From Actinobacteria bacterium UBA4426 (GTDB lineage: Bacteria; Actinomycetota; Actinomycetes; S36-B12), in NCBI GenBank assembly GCA_002390705.1, contig DGQA01000005.1, positions 162,791 to 226,790 on the forward strand: DNA of 64,000 nt, written 5' to 3'. The notes beneath the pieces are model-generated. The model saw only the letters and a program-made list of their open reading frames with translations, was not told the origin of the DNA and made no database searches. Position numbers and translations under genes: made by a program. Of this stretch, positions 46,409-57,171 are shown one piece after another (position 1 is the first letter of the stretch; each line of letters opens with the position of its first letter).

Positions 46409-47161
46409 GTGGAAAAGCTGTTTGATTTACGTGGCAAAGTGGCTCTCGTCACGGGGGGCAGTCGAGGACTCGGTAGGGTCATGGCCGAAGGATTTGCCCA
46501 TCATGGGGCAGATGTGGTGATTGCCAGTCGCAAATTAGAAGCGTGCGAAGAAGTGGCCTCCAGCATTCGCCAGTCCACTGGACGCCGCGCTATAGGGGTT
46601 GGAGCGCACGTAGGGCGATGGCCTGAACTTGACCAATTAGTTGAGACTTGCTACCAGGAATTCGGGTCAATCGATATTTTAGTGAACAACGCGGGCATGT
46701 CGCCTATATACGACACGGTTGATTCGGTAACCGAGGAACTTTTTGACAAGGTGCTCGACGTCAATCTCAAGGGGCCGTTTCGATTAGCCGCTCTCGTTGG
46801 GACACGGATGGCGGCCCTCAATGGAGGCAGTATTATCAATATTTCCAGCGTCGGAGCGATCCATCCGCGCCCCTCAACTTTGCCATACGCCGCAGCAAAG
46901 GCCGGCCTCAACGCCATTACCGTCGGCCTTGCCCATGCCTTTGGCCCGACAGTTCGGGTAAATGCAATCATGGCGGGTACCTTTATGACTGATGTGAGCT
47001 CTGCTTGGGACCCCGACATGTTTGCACAGCGAGCACGTGGTTTCGCATTGGAACGTGGGGGACAACCTGACGAAATCTTAGGATCGGCCCTTTACTTGGC
47101 TAGCGAGGCGTCAAGTTACACAACCGGATCACTTTTGACGGTCGACGGCGGCCAGCCATAG
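46409..47161 (+). CDS. SDR family oxidoreductase (FabG-like)
   Basis: VALVTGGSRGLG and YAAAKAG motifs. The GTG at 46409 is preceded by GAGGAG; the ORF-track TTG is at 46397. Confidence 0.85.
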   Translation: MEKLFDLRGKVALVTGGSRGLGRVMAEGFAHHGADVVIASRKLEACEEVASSIRQSTGRRAIGVGAHVGRWPELDQLVETCYQEFGSIDILVNNAGMSPIYDTVDSVTEELFDKVLDVNLKGPFRLAALVGTRMAALNGGSIINISSVGAIHPRPSTLPYAAAKAGLNAITVGLAHAFGPTVRVNAIMAGTFMTDVSSAWDPDMFAQRARGFALERGGQPDEILGSALYLASEASSYTTGSLLTVDGGQP

Positions 47162-47169
47162 GCAAAAAA

Positions 47170-48378
47170 CTATCTGCTGATCACACCGCTCTGCGCCAAG
47201 AACTGTATTCGGTCCTCGTCAAATCCAAGGAAATCCCGTAACACTTCTTTAGTGTGCTGGCCAATTTCCGGAACTCCGTCGTACTCGGGACCCGAATACG
47301 AGGACACATGCAAGATCGGGCCGGGCATTTTGACCTTGCCAAGGAGGTCACTCCCGGTCAAATCAACCAGAGTTCGCTCGGAAAAGTGGGGGTCTTCGGT
47401 GACGTCACGGGCATCGTTTACTCCCGCCGCGACGACGTTGTGGCTTTCCAAAATTGCAAGAATCTCCTTGCGAGGCTGGGTCTGAACCCACTCTGACACA
47501 ATTTTTTGCATGTCCTCGTTATGTTCCATACGGGCAGCATTGGTGGCGTATCGCGGGTCCTTAATAATGTCCGGACGGTCCATTGCCTCAAAAAGTCGCA
47601 CCGCAATTGTCTGAGATGACGCGGCAATCGAAAGCCACTTCCCGTCCTTCGCTTGAAAAATTCCTCGCGGAGAGGCAGAGCCGGTCCCATTTCCCACTCT
47701 TTCTTGGATCGCTCCGTTACCCGTCCACTGCAAGATGATGTCGCCAATTATAAACATTAGGGGTTCATACAGCGCGACATCCACGACATCTCCGACCCCT
47801 GTGCGGCCGCGATTAAACAGAGCCATGGCGGTTCCGAATGCGGCCGAAATCCCGGCTATGGAATCAGCAAATCCAAACGGGGGCGAGGTGGGTGGCGTCG
47901 AGGGCCACCCATTGATGTAGGCGTACCCGCTGGAAGTTTCCGCCACCGTTCCAAAGCCGGGACGTTCACTATACGGACCGGTCTGGCCGAATCCCGAGAC
48001 TCTCGTCATGACTACCCCAGGATTTAGTGAACTCAAAATGTCGTAACCCAGCCCCCAAGCCTCCATGCGCCCGGGTCGAAACGATTCGAGAACGACATCC
48101 ACGTGTGGTACAAGGTCATGCACAATTTCTCTCCCGTCTTCGGATCTCAGATCAATACCGAGCGAGCGTTTGCCTGAATTCAACCGAGAAAACCCGAGCG
48201 ACAAGCCATTTTTAAAGGGGGACCATTGACGCGCAAAATCGCCTGCCACGGGGTCTTCCACTTTAATAACCGTTGCACCGAAGTCCCGCATCATCCGCCC
48301 ACATGTCGGCGCCGCGTACATGGAACTTAGCTCAAGAACAGTAACTCCATGGAGTGGACCTTTGGCATCATTTTCCAT
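47170..48378 (-). CDS. CaiB/BaiF family (class III) CoA-transferase
   Basis: VTVLELSSMYAAPTCGRMMRDFGATVIKVE. The ATG at 48378 forms a TGATG overlap with the ALDH stop. Confidence 0.85.
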   Translation of the reverse strand: MENDAKGPLHGVTVLELSSMYAAPTCGRMMRDFGATVIKVEDPVAGDFARQWSPFKNGLSLGFSRLNSGKRSLGIDLRSEDGREIVHDLVPHVDVVLESFRPGRMEAWGLGYDILSSLNPGVVMTRVSGFGQTGPYSERPGFGTVAETSSGYAYINGWPSTPPTSPPFGFADSIAGISAAFGTAMALFNRGRTGVGDVVDVALYEPLMFIIGDIILQWTGNGAIQERVGNGTGSASPRGIFQAKDGKWLSIAASSQTIAVRLFEAMDRPDIIKDPRYATNAARMEHNEDMQKIVSEWVQTQPRKEILAILESHNVVAAGVNDARDVTEDPHFSERTLVDLTGSDLLGKVKMPGPILHVSSYSGPEYDGVPEIGQHTKEVLRDFLGFDEDRIQFLAQSGVISR

Positions 48379-49856
48379 CAGGTTCTCCACTGTAGGTGTT
48401 GGGGTTCAAGGTATTCTGAGATCCCCCACTCACCAATCTCTCGGCCGATTCCTGATCGCTTGAAGCCGCCGAATGGCGCATCAGGTCGCATGTTGCCGCC
48501 ACCGTTAATCCAGACGGTGCCTGACCGAATCCGCGTAGCCATCTCGCGAGCGTGATCCACATTGGGCGCATAGATATTAGCGGCAAGGCCGTAGTTGGTG
48601 GAGTTTGCAATCATGATTGCTTCTTCGTCATTTTTGAAGGGAAGAATGACGGCAACGGGACCAAATATTTCTTCCTGACACGCCGTTGCCGTGTACGGCA
48701 GGTCACCGAGGAGCACTGGATTCACAAAATAGCCTTTTTCAGGAAGCGGAGTGTCCACCCCAAAGAGCACTCGACCACCTTCGGCGGGGGCGCCGTCAAT
48801 AAAGGACCGCACTCGTGCCCGGTGATCAGGGCGAATCATGGGCCCGATGTTTGTGGTGGGATCCCATGGGTCACCCACCTTCATCTGGTCAAAGGCTTTG
48901 GCGCCCGCGGCTAAAAACCTATCCATGAGGCTTTCGTGAACCATGATTCGAGCAAGAGCAGCGCACCCTTGCCCTCCGTTGCGCGACCATCGCAAATGCA
49001 TTTCCACGGCGAATGATTCGACATCGGATCCTTCAAGAACAATGTTCGGTGATTTACCACCTAGTTCCAACGTCACGTCCCTAATTCCCAAGGCCGCCTG
49101 TTGCATGATTTTCTCGCCAACCATGTCCGAGCCGGTAAAGGAAACCTTGTCTACTCCGTTGTTCGTTGTAAGTCGCATGCCCACTTCCGGACCACCGATG
49201 ACAACGTTGAAGACACCATCAGGGATGCCCGCTTCTTTGGCGAGTTCCCCTAGGAACAACGTAGTAAGTGGGGTACGCGAAGACGGCAGGAGTACCACAG
49301 TGCACCCAGCTGCCATGGCGGCACCAAACTTGAAAATCGCCAAATTAAGCGGATAGTTGTATCCAGTAATACACGCGACAACTCCCACAGGCAAATAATT
49401 GACGTGGCTGTGAGTGGGTACAGGATCGTTCCACGGCCCAAGATCAATTGTTCGATCCTTGAGCGCCGCCTCTGCCTGCCAACGCAGATGTACAAGTCCC
49501 AATTTTACCTGCATAAATTCGGCAAGCGCCACGGGTGTTCCGACTTCGTTTACAATTGAGGCGAGCAATTCAGGGATATGCGCCTCTAAGACATCGCAGA
49601 AGCGATGTAGGACACGTGACCGCTCCTCGCGAGAGGATCGCGACCAAGGGTCAAAGGCCCGTTGAGCAGCTTCAACTGCCTGATCTACCTGATCAACGGA
49701 TGCTCCACGGACATTAGTGAGCACCTCTTCGGTGGAGGGATTCACGACCTCAATTGACTCGCCCTCCCCGGCAACAAACGCCCCACCAATCAGGAGATCA
49801 CGTGCAGTCGGTATCCATTCTCGTCCCGGAGTACTCGCGCTGTGTTGCGTATTCAT
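48378..49856 (-). CDS. aldehyde dehydrogenase (NAD(P)+)
   Basis: FTGS, LELGGKSPNIV, GQGCAA (catalytic Cys) and EEIFGPV motifs. The ATG at 49856 was preferred over the start at 49937. Confidence 0.88.
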   Translation of the reverse strand: MNTQHSASTPGREWIPTARDLLIGGAFVAGEGESIEVVNPSTEEVLTNVRGASVDQVDQAVEAAQRAFDPWSRSSREERSRVLHRFCDVLEAHIPELLASIVNEVGTPVALAEFMQVKLGLVHLRWQAEAALKDRTIDLGPWNDPVPTHSHVNYLPVGVVACITGYNYPLNLAIFKFGAAMAAGCTVVLLPSSRTPLTTLFLGELAKEAGIPDGVFNVVIGGPEVGMRLTTNNGVDKVSFTGSDMVGEKIMQQAALGIRDVTLELGGKSPNIVLEGSDVESFAVEMHLRWSRNGGQGCAALARIMVHESLMDRFLAAGAKAFDQMKVGDPWDPTTNIGPMIRPDHRARVRSFIDGAPAEGGRVLFGVDTPLPEKGYFVNPVLLGDLPYTATACQEEIFGPVAVILPFKNDEEAIMIANSTNYGLAANIYAPNVDHAREMATRIRSGTVWINGGGNMRPDAPFGGFKRSGIGREIGEWGISEYLEPQHLQWRT

Positions 49857-49899
49857 GACTAACACCTTTCCCTGTAGTGAACTGTCTCTGAATTTTGGT

Positions 49900-51066
49900 T
49901 TAGTAACTTCTCGGCAGACCCAACGAATGCTCAGCAATATAGTTGAGGACCATTTCCTGGCTAATCGGCGCGATTCGATTCAAGCGAGACTCACGGAAAT
50001 ATCGCTCGGCATTGTATTCCTTGGCATACCCATACCCACCGAGGACATTGATTGCCATGTCGGCCGCATTGAAGCCCGCTTCTGAAGCTAAGTATTTGGC
50101 TTCGTTGGCTTCCTTGCCGCAGGGAATATCCTGATCCACCATCCAGGCGGTTTTCTGACAAATGGCTTCAGCCGCATCTATTCTGATTTGTGCTAAGGCG
50201 ATTTGATGGGAGATTGCTTGGTTCTGCCCGATCGGGCGACCAAAAACCACTCGGTCGTTCGCATACTGTGTTGCTAGGCGAATTGATGCTTTACCAATTC
50301 CCAGTGCCGCATTTGCTGCAACAACCCGCTCGGCGTTGAGTCCCACCATAATAGCGCGGAATCCCCTACCGACCTCCCCGATTACGTCTTCGTCGGAGAC
50401 AAACAAGTCGTCAATAAACAGCTCATTCGTGTCGATTGCATTGCGACCCATTTTCTTGATCGGGCGAATTTCAATGCTCTTACGATCCATAGGGGCAAAA
50501 AACATTGTGAGGCCATCTGTCCTTTTTGATACCTCATTGAGGGGTTGTGTGCGAGCGAGGATAAACATGCGCTCAGCTTCTTGGGCTTTGGTAATCCACG
50601 TCTTCTTCCCGCTCAGGAGAAATCCGCCTTCAACCTTTCGAGCGAACGTTGTCATGTTCAAGGTATCGGTTCCCGCATCCGGCTCAGTTACCGCAAATGA
50701 GACGTGTAACTCACCTGTCACTACCCTAGGAAAGTATTTTTCCTTCATCGCTTGGGTTCCGTAGCGGACCATAGACTCGAAACCGAACATGCCAATATGG
50801 ACCGCACTGCAGCCGTTCATTCCCGCACCAGAAGCCGCAATTTCCTGCTCAACAATGCACACCTCTTGAACGCCGGCGCCCCCTCCCCCAAATTCTTCGG
50901 GGATGGTCAACCCCAGCCAGCCGGCATCTGCAACGGCCTTATAGAACTCCCACGGAAATTCCTTGTTTTCGTCATGCTCCTGCCAGTATGTGTCGTCGAA
51001 CTTGGAACACATCTGACGAACAGATTGCCTAATCTCTTCATACTCCGCTAACTCTGTGAAGTCCAC
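49900..51066 (-). CDS. acyl-CoA dehydrogenase
   Basis: 388-aa ACAD pattern. The C-terminus is RLNRIAPISQEMVLNYIAEHSLGLPRSY. Confidence 0.85.
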   Translation of the reverse strand: MDFTELAEYEEIRQSVRQMCSKFDDTYWQEHDENKEFPWEFYKAVADAGWLGLTIPEEFGGGGAGVQEVCIVEQEIAASGAGMNGCSAVHIGMFGFESMVRYGTQAMKEKYFPRVVTGELHVSFAVTEPDAGTDTLNMTTFARKVEGGFLLSGKKTWITKAQEAERMFILARTQPLNEVSKRTDGLTMFFAPMDRKSIEIRPIKKMGRNAIDTNELFIDDLFVSDEDVIGEVGRGFRAIMVGLNAERVVAANAALGIGKASIRLATQYANDRVVFGRPIGQNQAISHQIALAQIRIDAAEAICQKTAWMVDQDIPCGKEANEAKYLASEAGFNAADMAINVLGGYGYAKEYNAERYFRESRLNRIAPISQEMVLNYIAEHSLGLPRSY

Positions 51067-51105
51067 TTGCTTCTCCTTGATCCCTACTCGGGTTGTTGAC
51101 TCGAA

Positions 51106-52740
51106 TTACACCGTGGTTCTGTCATGCGTATTTGGTGTTATTCCTTCCTCGCGCAATACTGATTTTTGAATTTTCTCTGAAGGTGTCCGTGGTAACGCGT
51201 CCACAAATCGCATGAATCGCGGTATTGCGAACTCTGGTATTCGACCCTTGCAGAAGCCCCAGATTTCCTTGGGATCCACATCCCCATTCGTGACGACTAC
51301 CGCCATGACTTCATCCTCACCAGCTTCAGATTCTGCAGCAACTGCAATGACTGCACATTCAGTTACCGTGGCATGAGACAAAACAGCCTGCTCAACCTCG
51401 TAAGAACTAATATTTTCACCCCTTCGGCGCAGAGCGTCCTTGTAGCGATCAACAAAGTAGTACCAACCATCGGTATCGCGCTTCAGCGCATCACCCGTAT
51501 GGAACCAAAGATTCCGCCAAGCCTCCGCGGTGCGATCGTCCATGCCGTAATAACCGAGGCTACATGTCCAGGGAAATTTTGGACGGATCACAAGTTCACC
51601 AATTTCACCCACAGGTACTTCTTCATCTGTGTCCGGGTTTACCAGCCTAATCTCAAAAAAATCTCTCGCGAGGAGCCCCGCGGCGCCTGGTGGTCGATCT
51701 TCACCATATGGTGAAAGAATAGGGGCAGACGTTTCGGTAAGTCCGAACACTTCCACGAACGCCTCTACGTCATAGCGGTCCTTAAACTCTGACAAGATGC
51801 TACTGGCAGTCGGCGCAGCAAACACACAACGCAAGGGGTTATCCGAATCCGTTGCTCGCGAATCCTGTTTCCAGATGAAGTCCATCATCACACCAATCAA
51901 ATTCGTGACCGTCACACCTTCTTCGCGAATCTGGTCAACCCAACGACTCGCACTAAACTTGGAGCGAATCACAAGTTTTGCCCCGGCTACAAGGGCGGGG
52001 TAGGCCGCCATAAATTGTGCATTTCCGTGAAAAAGTGGCGTCACCGTCATGTAGGTGTCTTTGTGAGTCAATCGAGTGAGAGAAACAACTTCGTCAGCAA
52101 AAAAATACATCTGGGCATGAGGCATAGCGACCCCCTTCGACGGCCCAGTCGTGCCCGAAGTGAAAAATATGGACGCTAAGTCCTGTGCGGCTGGGATGGG
52201 AAACGACTCGGGAGCCACATCAAGTAGATTTTGCCATTCACTTGCGCTCCATCCTGTCTCCTGCAATTGCTGGATAGATTCCTGCGCCTGCCCTTTGTCA
52301 ATCACCCAAAAGTGCTCAATACTGGGGAACTCAGTTCTCAGTTGTACAAAACGGTGAGCGAGATGGTCGTCAATCACGGCGAATTTAGGGTTCGTGACAT
52401 GTACTTGATGCCGGAGAAACTCACCTTCATACGCGGTATTGATCGGGACTTGAACCAGTCCTGATATCGCGGTTCCCAGCCACGTGCGGACAAAAGCAGA
52501 AGAATTGGCTGCCATGATCAGCACCCGATCCCCTGAGAGCGCCCCGCGTTCGTAGATACCTGCCGCTATGGATTGCGCTTCCCTGCGGATTTCGCCGTAT
52601 GTCACCCGCAGACCTTCTTCAGGGGCGATAAGAAACACTTCGTCGGGAGTCTGTTTTGAACGACTCTCCAAAACGTGGGCTAGTGTCCAGTCCGTTCGAT
52701 CTGGGAAGGTGGGGACTAGATCTGTATATGTGCGCGTCAT
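51106..52740 (-). CDS. AMP-dependent acyl-CoA synthetase/ligase
   Basis: FFTSGTTGPSKGV, TGD and RYKDALRRRGENIS motifs. Confidence 0.85.
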   Translation of the reverse strand: MTRTYTDLVPTFPDRTDWTLAHVLESRSKQTPDEVFLIAPEEGLRVTYGEIRREAQSIAAGIYERGALSGDRVLIMAANSSAFVRTWLGTAISGLVQVPINTAYEGEFLRHQVHVTNPKFAVIDDHLAHRFVQLRTEFPSIEHFWVIDKGQAQESIQQLQETGWSASEWQNLLDVAPESFPIPAAQDLASIFFTSGTTGPSKGVAMPHAQMYFFADEVVSLTRLTHKDTYMTVTPLFHGNAQFMAAYPALVAGAKLVIRSKFSASRWVDQIREEGVTVTNLIGVMMDFIWKQDSRATDSDNPLRCVFAAPTASSILSEFKDRYDVEAFVEVFGLTETSAPILSPYGEDRPPGAAGLLARDFFEIRLVNPDTDEEVPVGEIGELVIRPKFPWTCSLGYYGMDDRTAEAWRNLWFHTGDALKRDTDGWYYFVDRYKDALRRRGENISSYEVEQAVLSHATVTECAVIAVAAESEAGEDEVMAVVVTNGDVDPKEIWGFCKGRIPEFAIPRFMRFVDALPRTPSEKIQKSVLREEGITPNTHDRTTV

Positions 52741-52781
52741 TTGGACCCGACTTCATATAAATTCACTTACTGCGACCCCAC

Positions 52782-53801
52782 TTAGATTTTGTTGCGCGGA
52801 GGGATGGCTGTGATAGTTGGCACAATCTCGCGCCCGATGCGCCGGATCGCCGCAACGGTTTCATCCACATTCATTGTTGGCCATTGAGGGCGAACAAGTA
52901 GAGGGTCTACCGGAAGTTCGGTAACCAATTTGACCAACTGTTCCGTCACTTGGTCCGGGGTTCCCACGACAGCATGGTCCTCCACTGCCTTCGCGAATTC
53001 ATTCTTAAGGTCAGCGTTGGCCATGACGTCAAGACCCTTTTCTAGATAAGTGAGGTAGCGCCCTTGGGCAACGCGAGCAAATTCCAATAGAGCCTCGTCC
53101 TTGGTGTCAGCAACCATAATGTTGCGCCGCAAAGGTTGAGCTGTGAAGGGTTTCCCTCGTTCGGCGAAACCTTCTGCAACAACGGTAAACCGCTCACGTA
53201 CCTCTGGGACGGGGGTTTCTGGTGGACATGCGTAACCATCACCATATTTACCTGCGCGGATTGCGCCTGGTAGCGAATGGGCTCCCACCCAAATGGGCAG
53301 ATGTTCCTGTACTGGTTTTAGATGAGGACGAACATTTTCCAGCGTGAAGTACTTTCCATGATAGGTAACCTCGTCTTGGGTCCAGAGCATACGCAGGAGC
53401 TCAAGGATTTCATTCATTCTTCCCGCTCGTTCTTTGAACGGGATTCCCAAATAGCCAAACTCCTCAGCGCGGTAGCCCAAGCCTAATCCGGCAACTAAAC
53501 GTCCCTCTGTCACAACGTCTAGGGTTGCTAATTCTTCAGCCAGCATTACGGGATGATAGAGAGGGGCAATCATTATTTGAGTCGCAAGTCGAACGTCTGA
53601 ATTTACCTCGGCCGCTAATCGTGCCAGCAGCGGCACGGGCTGCAGCCAACGAAGATCGCCATAGAGAAAGTGCTGGCCGATAACGATGTAGGTGAACCCA
53701 CTGTCCTGTGCCTCGTGGGTAATTCTGACTACATCCCGAAATTGTTGGGCGGGTGAGACTGAGGCTGGAACATCACTAAGAAGCAATCCCATGGCGACCA
53801 T
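52782..53801 (-). CDS. LLM class flavin-dependent oxidoreductase
   Basis: 339 aa with a luciferase-like pattern (GLGLGYRAEEF). Confidence 0.75.
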   Translation of the reverse strand: MVAMGLLLSDVPASVSPAQQFRDVVRITHEAQDSGFTYIVIGQHFLYGDLRWLQPVPLLARLAAEVNSDVRLATQIMIAPLYHPVMLAEELATLDVVTEGRLVAGLGLGYRAEEFGYLGIPFKERAGRMNEILELLRMLWTQDEVTYHGKYFTLENVRPHLKPVQEHLPIWVGAHSLPGAIRAGKYGDGYACPPETPVPEVRERFTVVAEGFAERGKPFTAQPLRRNIMVADTKDEALLEFARVAQGRYLTYLEKGLDVMANADLKNEFAKAVEDHAVVGTPDQVTEQLVKLVTELPVDPLLVRPQWPTMNVDETVAAIRRIGREIVPTITAIPPRNKI

Positions 53802-54065
53802 TATTAATTCCTTCCGTGCATTTGAGAATTGAGATTTAGATAAATCATCTTGTTACGAGTGGACCCTTTATCGGACTCATTACGGCTAGCTAATGCCAAT
53901 TCTCGGGATCCACTGGCGTGCAGTGGAGTTGAAGTGACTTTTGCCTGCTGGCTTACCTCCTTGACCCACAAACAGCAAATTCATAACAATGATGATCCTA
54001 GAATACAAAGTCTACTGTGTCTTGCGATAACTGCCCCAATCTGCGTTGGCTCTTGTCGGTAGCGA

Positions 54066-54566
54066 CTACTTGACTCGGGCAAATGGGGAAAACCGTGAAA
54101 TTTCACGAGATGTCTCGGGCAAGTCGATTGAGCCTTCAATGAAGAGTCGTTTTTGTTGAATCCGGAGATCCCCATCAATTACAACCAATGTATCGTCGTA
54201 GCGCCCAACCAGCATGTGTGTCGTATTCGAGCGCATGAAGACGGCTTGGAAATAGGCGCGCGATTGAATATTGCCAGCAGCGTCTTCGCTCGCGATTACA
54301 TTTGAAATGTAGTGCTTGGCTGCGCTCCAATCGGCAGCCCAATTATTTTGATAAACCTGAAGAAAAGCGTCTAGGCCCTCATGTTCAGTACCGTTTATTG
54401 AGATGCCAATTTTGGGTCCGAGGAGTGACTGCAGTAAATGAAAATCGCCATTGTCAATTGCCCATGCGTACACGGCATACAAATGAGAAGCACGAACCAC
54501 TAGGGAAACATCGCACGTGCGCCACTCGGATTCATCGATAACCGGCGGCGAAATATGGTCACTCAT
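54066..54566 (-). CDS. NTF2/SnoaL-like fold protein
   Basis: 166 aa. The pattern is SnoaL-like or ring-hydroxylating-dioxygenase beta-subunit-like. Tentative. Confidence 0.5.
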   Translation of the reverse strand: MSDHISPPVIDESEWRTCDVSLVVRASHLYAVYAWAIDNGDFHLLQSLLGPKIGISINGTEHEGLDAFLQVYQNNWAADWSAAKHYISNVIASEDAAGNIQSRAYFQAVFMRSNTTHMLVGRYDDTLVVIDGDLRIQQKRLFIEGSIDLPETSREISRFSPFARVK

Positions 54567-54569
54567 TTT

Positions 54570-55094
54570 TCATTCGTTCTTCTCCGCAGCTATCTTGGCT
54601 GGTCCGCCACGCCCATCACCCGGCATGCGGCGTGAATCATGACTGGACGAAATCCCCGCTGGGATTACCTGCAAGATTCGACGCTTCGGCGTGTCAAGTA
54701 GCCTCACGAAAGCCATCGGGTCAGCCGGCTGTAATCGCGCCCCAATTGTGTGCAACATGTTTTCAAATGTTTCTGAACCTGGCTCGTGAATCACCGCGAC
54801 CCCCCGCACGGCAATCATTTGCCGCGCAGGTGTCTGTGTGCCAGCGTTACTCACGACAACCGTCACTCGAGGATCTTCGGCAAGGCATGCAACTTGGGGT
54901 CGATTCACAATTGAAGCGATCCAGAGGCATTCCTCGTGGTACACAAAGCTCATCACTACCCCAGATGGCCACCCACCTGATCGATTAAAGATAAAGGTGC
55001 ATTCTGACTGTTGAGCGAATAAGACCTCTCGATCTTTTGCCAACAAGGTCACGCCGGAAAGGTCGTCGACGTCATCGATCCCAAGTTTACCCAT
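54570..55094 (-). CDS. pyridoxamine 5'-phosphate oxidase family (split-barrel flavin/F420-binding) protein
   Basis: 174 aa with a PPOX-like pattern (GWPSGVVMSF...DPRVTVVV...VRGVA). Tentative. Confidence 0.5.
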   Translation of the reverse strand: MGKLGIDDVDDLSGVTLLAKDREVLFAQQSECTFIFNRSGGWPSGVVMSFVYHEECLWIASIVNRPQVACLAEDPRVTVVVSNAGTQTPARQMIAVRGVAVIHEPGSETFENMLHTIGARLQPADPMAFVRLLDTPKRRILQVIPAGISSSHDSRRMPGDGRGGPAKIAAEKNE

Positions 55095-55209
55095 TATGTA
55101 TTCCTCTCCCTGCTTTTAATCTATGATATTGGTAGGTATAGATTCACACATGTTAAACCGCAAAATTACACCAAAATTATTCGTTCAAGTACCCACAACA
55201 GGAGAAACA

Positions 55210-56391
55210 GTGACGGAATCCGCCGTAATAGTCTCAGCCGCCCGTAGCCCCATGGGTAAAGGAAAACCTGGTGGAGTCCTCTCTGAGGTCCATGCGGTTG
55301 ATCTGCTGTCTTCGGTGATTGCTGGAGTTATTGAAAAAACTGGTATTGATCCCGGCTCCGTCGATGACGTCCTGATTGGCTGCGTGTCGCAGGTAGGTGA
55401 ACAATCCGGAACTCCTGGGCGACAAGCGTGGCTCGCCGCCGGCTTCCCAGAACATGTACCGAGTGTGACCATTGAACGTAAGTGCGGCAGTGGCCAACAA
55501 GCACTAGATTTTGCCGTCCAAGGAGTTATGGCTGGGGCATACGAAGTAGCTATCGCTGGGGGCCTGGAGTCCATGAGTCGGATTCCCATGGGAAGCAACC
55601 GACTTGATATGGATCCGCAAGGTCCCACGGTTCGGGGGCGCTATCCCAACTTGAGCTCCCAGGGAGTCGCTGCAGAGCTAGTCGCTCACAAATGGAATAT
55701 TTCTCGCAAAGCACTTGATGAGTATTCTGCTCAATCACAACAGCGGGCGGGAAGTGCTGCTGATAAAGGCCTATTCGATGCCGAAATTATACCGATCACG
55801 ACAGTTCACGGTTCGGCAAAAAGTGACGAGTCGATCCGACGCGGAACAACGGAGAATAAACTCGCCACACTTGAGCCTGCTTTTTCTACGGAACAGAGTC
55901 GACAACGCTGGCCTGAGATTCAGTGGAAAGTGACCGCAGGGAATTCTTCTCAAATCACTGATGGAGCTGCGGCCCTTCTCGTGATGTCTGAAAAAAGCGC
56001 TGCAAAATATGGATTGCGCCCTCGTGCGCGCATCGTCGCAACCGCAGTAGTCGGCGATGACCCAATCCTCATGCTCACGGGACCAATTCCTGCCACCCGA
56101 CGCGTACTTGCCAAATCCGGTTTGACAATCGAGCAGATGGACGCCATCGAAGTCAATGAAGCTTTTGCCTCGGTTCCGCTGGCTTGGCTATCTGAATTTC
56201 CCGTTGATGTGGCTAAACTCAACCCACTGGGTGGAGCAATCGCGTTAGGGCACCCCCTAGGAGCATCCGGAGCACGAATTGCCACCACTTTGCTGCACCA
56301 TCTTGAGGAAACAGGTGGCAGGTACGGATTGCAAACCATGTGCGAAGCAGGTGGGATGGCCAACGCCATGATAATTGAGCGCCTCGATTAA
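55210..56391 (+). CDS. thiolase (acetyl-CoA acetyl/acyltransferase)
   Basis: ERKCGSGQQA, GHPLGASGA and CEAGGMAN motifs. The GTG at 55210 is preceded by AGGAG. Confidence 0.85.
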   Translation: MTESAVIVSAARSPMGKGKPGGVLSEVHAVDLLSSVIAGVIEKTGIDPGSVDDVLIGCVSQVGEQSGTPGRQAWLAAGFPEHVPSVTIERKCGSGQQALDFAVQGVMAGAYEVAIAGGLESMSRIPMGSNRLDMDPQGPTVRGRYPNLSSQGVAAELVAHKWNISRKALDEYSAQSQQRAGSAADKGLFDAEIIPITTVHGSAKSDESIRRGTTENKLATLEPAFSTEQSRQRWPEIQWKVTAGNSSQITDGAAALLVMSEKSAAKYGLRPRARIVATAVVGDDPILMLTGPIPATRRVLAKSGLTIEQMDAIEVNEAFASVPLAWLSEFPVDVAKLNPLGGAIALGHPLGASGARIATTLLHHLEETGGRYGLQTMCEAGGMANAMIIERLD

Positions 56392-56406
56392 GCGATAGGA
56401 CGAAGA

Positions 56407-57171
56407 ATGGATATCACAGGCACATCAGCTCTAGTTACCGGCGGCGCCTCAGGTCTGGGGCTCGCGACGGTTCGAGCGCTCGTAGACCGAGGAGTCAATG
56501 TTGTGATGCTTGACCTTGACGGGTCCAGCGGTGCTGAGAAATGTGAAGAATTGGGGCCGTTAGCTCATTTTTCTCAAGGGGACGTGACAGATCCAATATC
56601 TGTGGGAGCGGCTCTGGACAACGCCCAAGCGCTAGGACCAATCAGGGCGCTGGTGCATTGCGCCGGTAAAGGGGGCACTGTTCGGGTCGTTGAGCGAGAC
56701 GGAAGTCCTGGATCTCTCGAGACTTACGAATCTCTGGTGCGATTAAATTTGGTCGGAACCTTTAACGTTCTTAGTCTCAGCGCTGCACGAATGGCGGAAC
56801 AAGAGCCCGTGGGAGAAGAGCGGGGCGTTTGCATTTTGACCGCTTCGGTGGCCGCTTGGGAAGGTCAGATCGGACAGATTCCTTACGCTTCTGCGAAAGC
56901 AGGAGTCGTGGGAATGACGATCGTTGCAGCGCGAGATTTGGCCCGGCGACTCATTCGCGTTTGCACTATCGCACCCGGAGTCTTCGACACCCCTATTCTC
57001 GCTCGCTACTCTGACGAGATTCGTTCCGGACTTGCCGCCCAGATCCCTCACCCCTCACGCCTGGGACATCCAGATGAGTACGCGTCCCTGGCACTCCACA
57101 TTTTAGATAATCCCATGTTGAACGGTGAAACCATCCGCCTCGACGGCGCGATCAGGATGGGTGCAAAGTGA
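56407..57171 (+). CDS. SDR family 3-hydroxyacyl-CoA dehydrogenase (type II HADH-like)
   Basis: SALVTGGASGLGLA and YASAKAGVVGMT motifs. Confidence 0.8.
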   Translation: MDITGTSALVTGGASGLGLATVRALVDRGVNVVMLDLDGSSGAEKCEELGPLAHFSQGDVTDPISVGAALDNAQALGPIRALVHCAGKGGTVRVVERDGSPGSLETYESLVRLNLVGTFNVLSLSAARMAEQEPVGEERGVCILTASVAAWEGQIGQIPYASAKAGVVGMTIVAARDLARRLIRVCTIAPGVFDTPILARYSDEIRSGLAAQIPHPSRLGHPDEYASLALHILDNPMLNGETIRLDGAIRMGAK

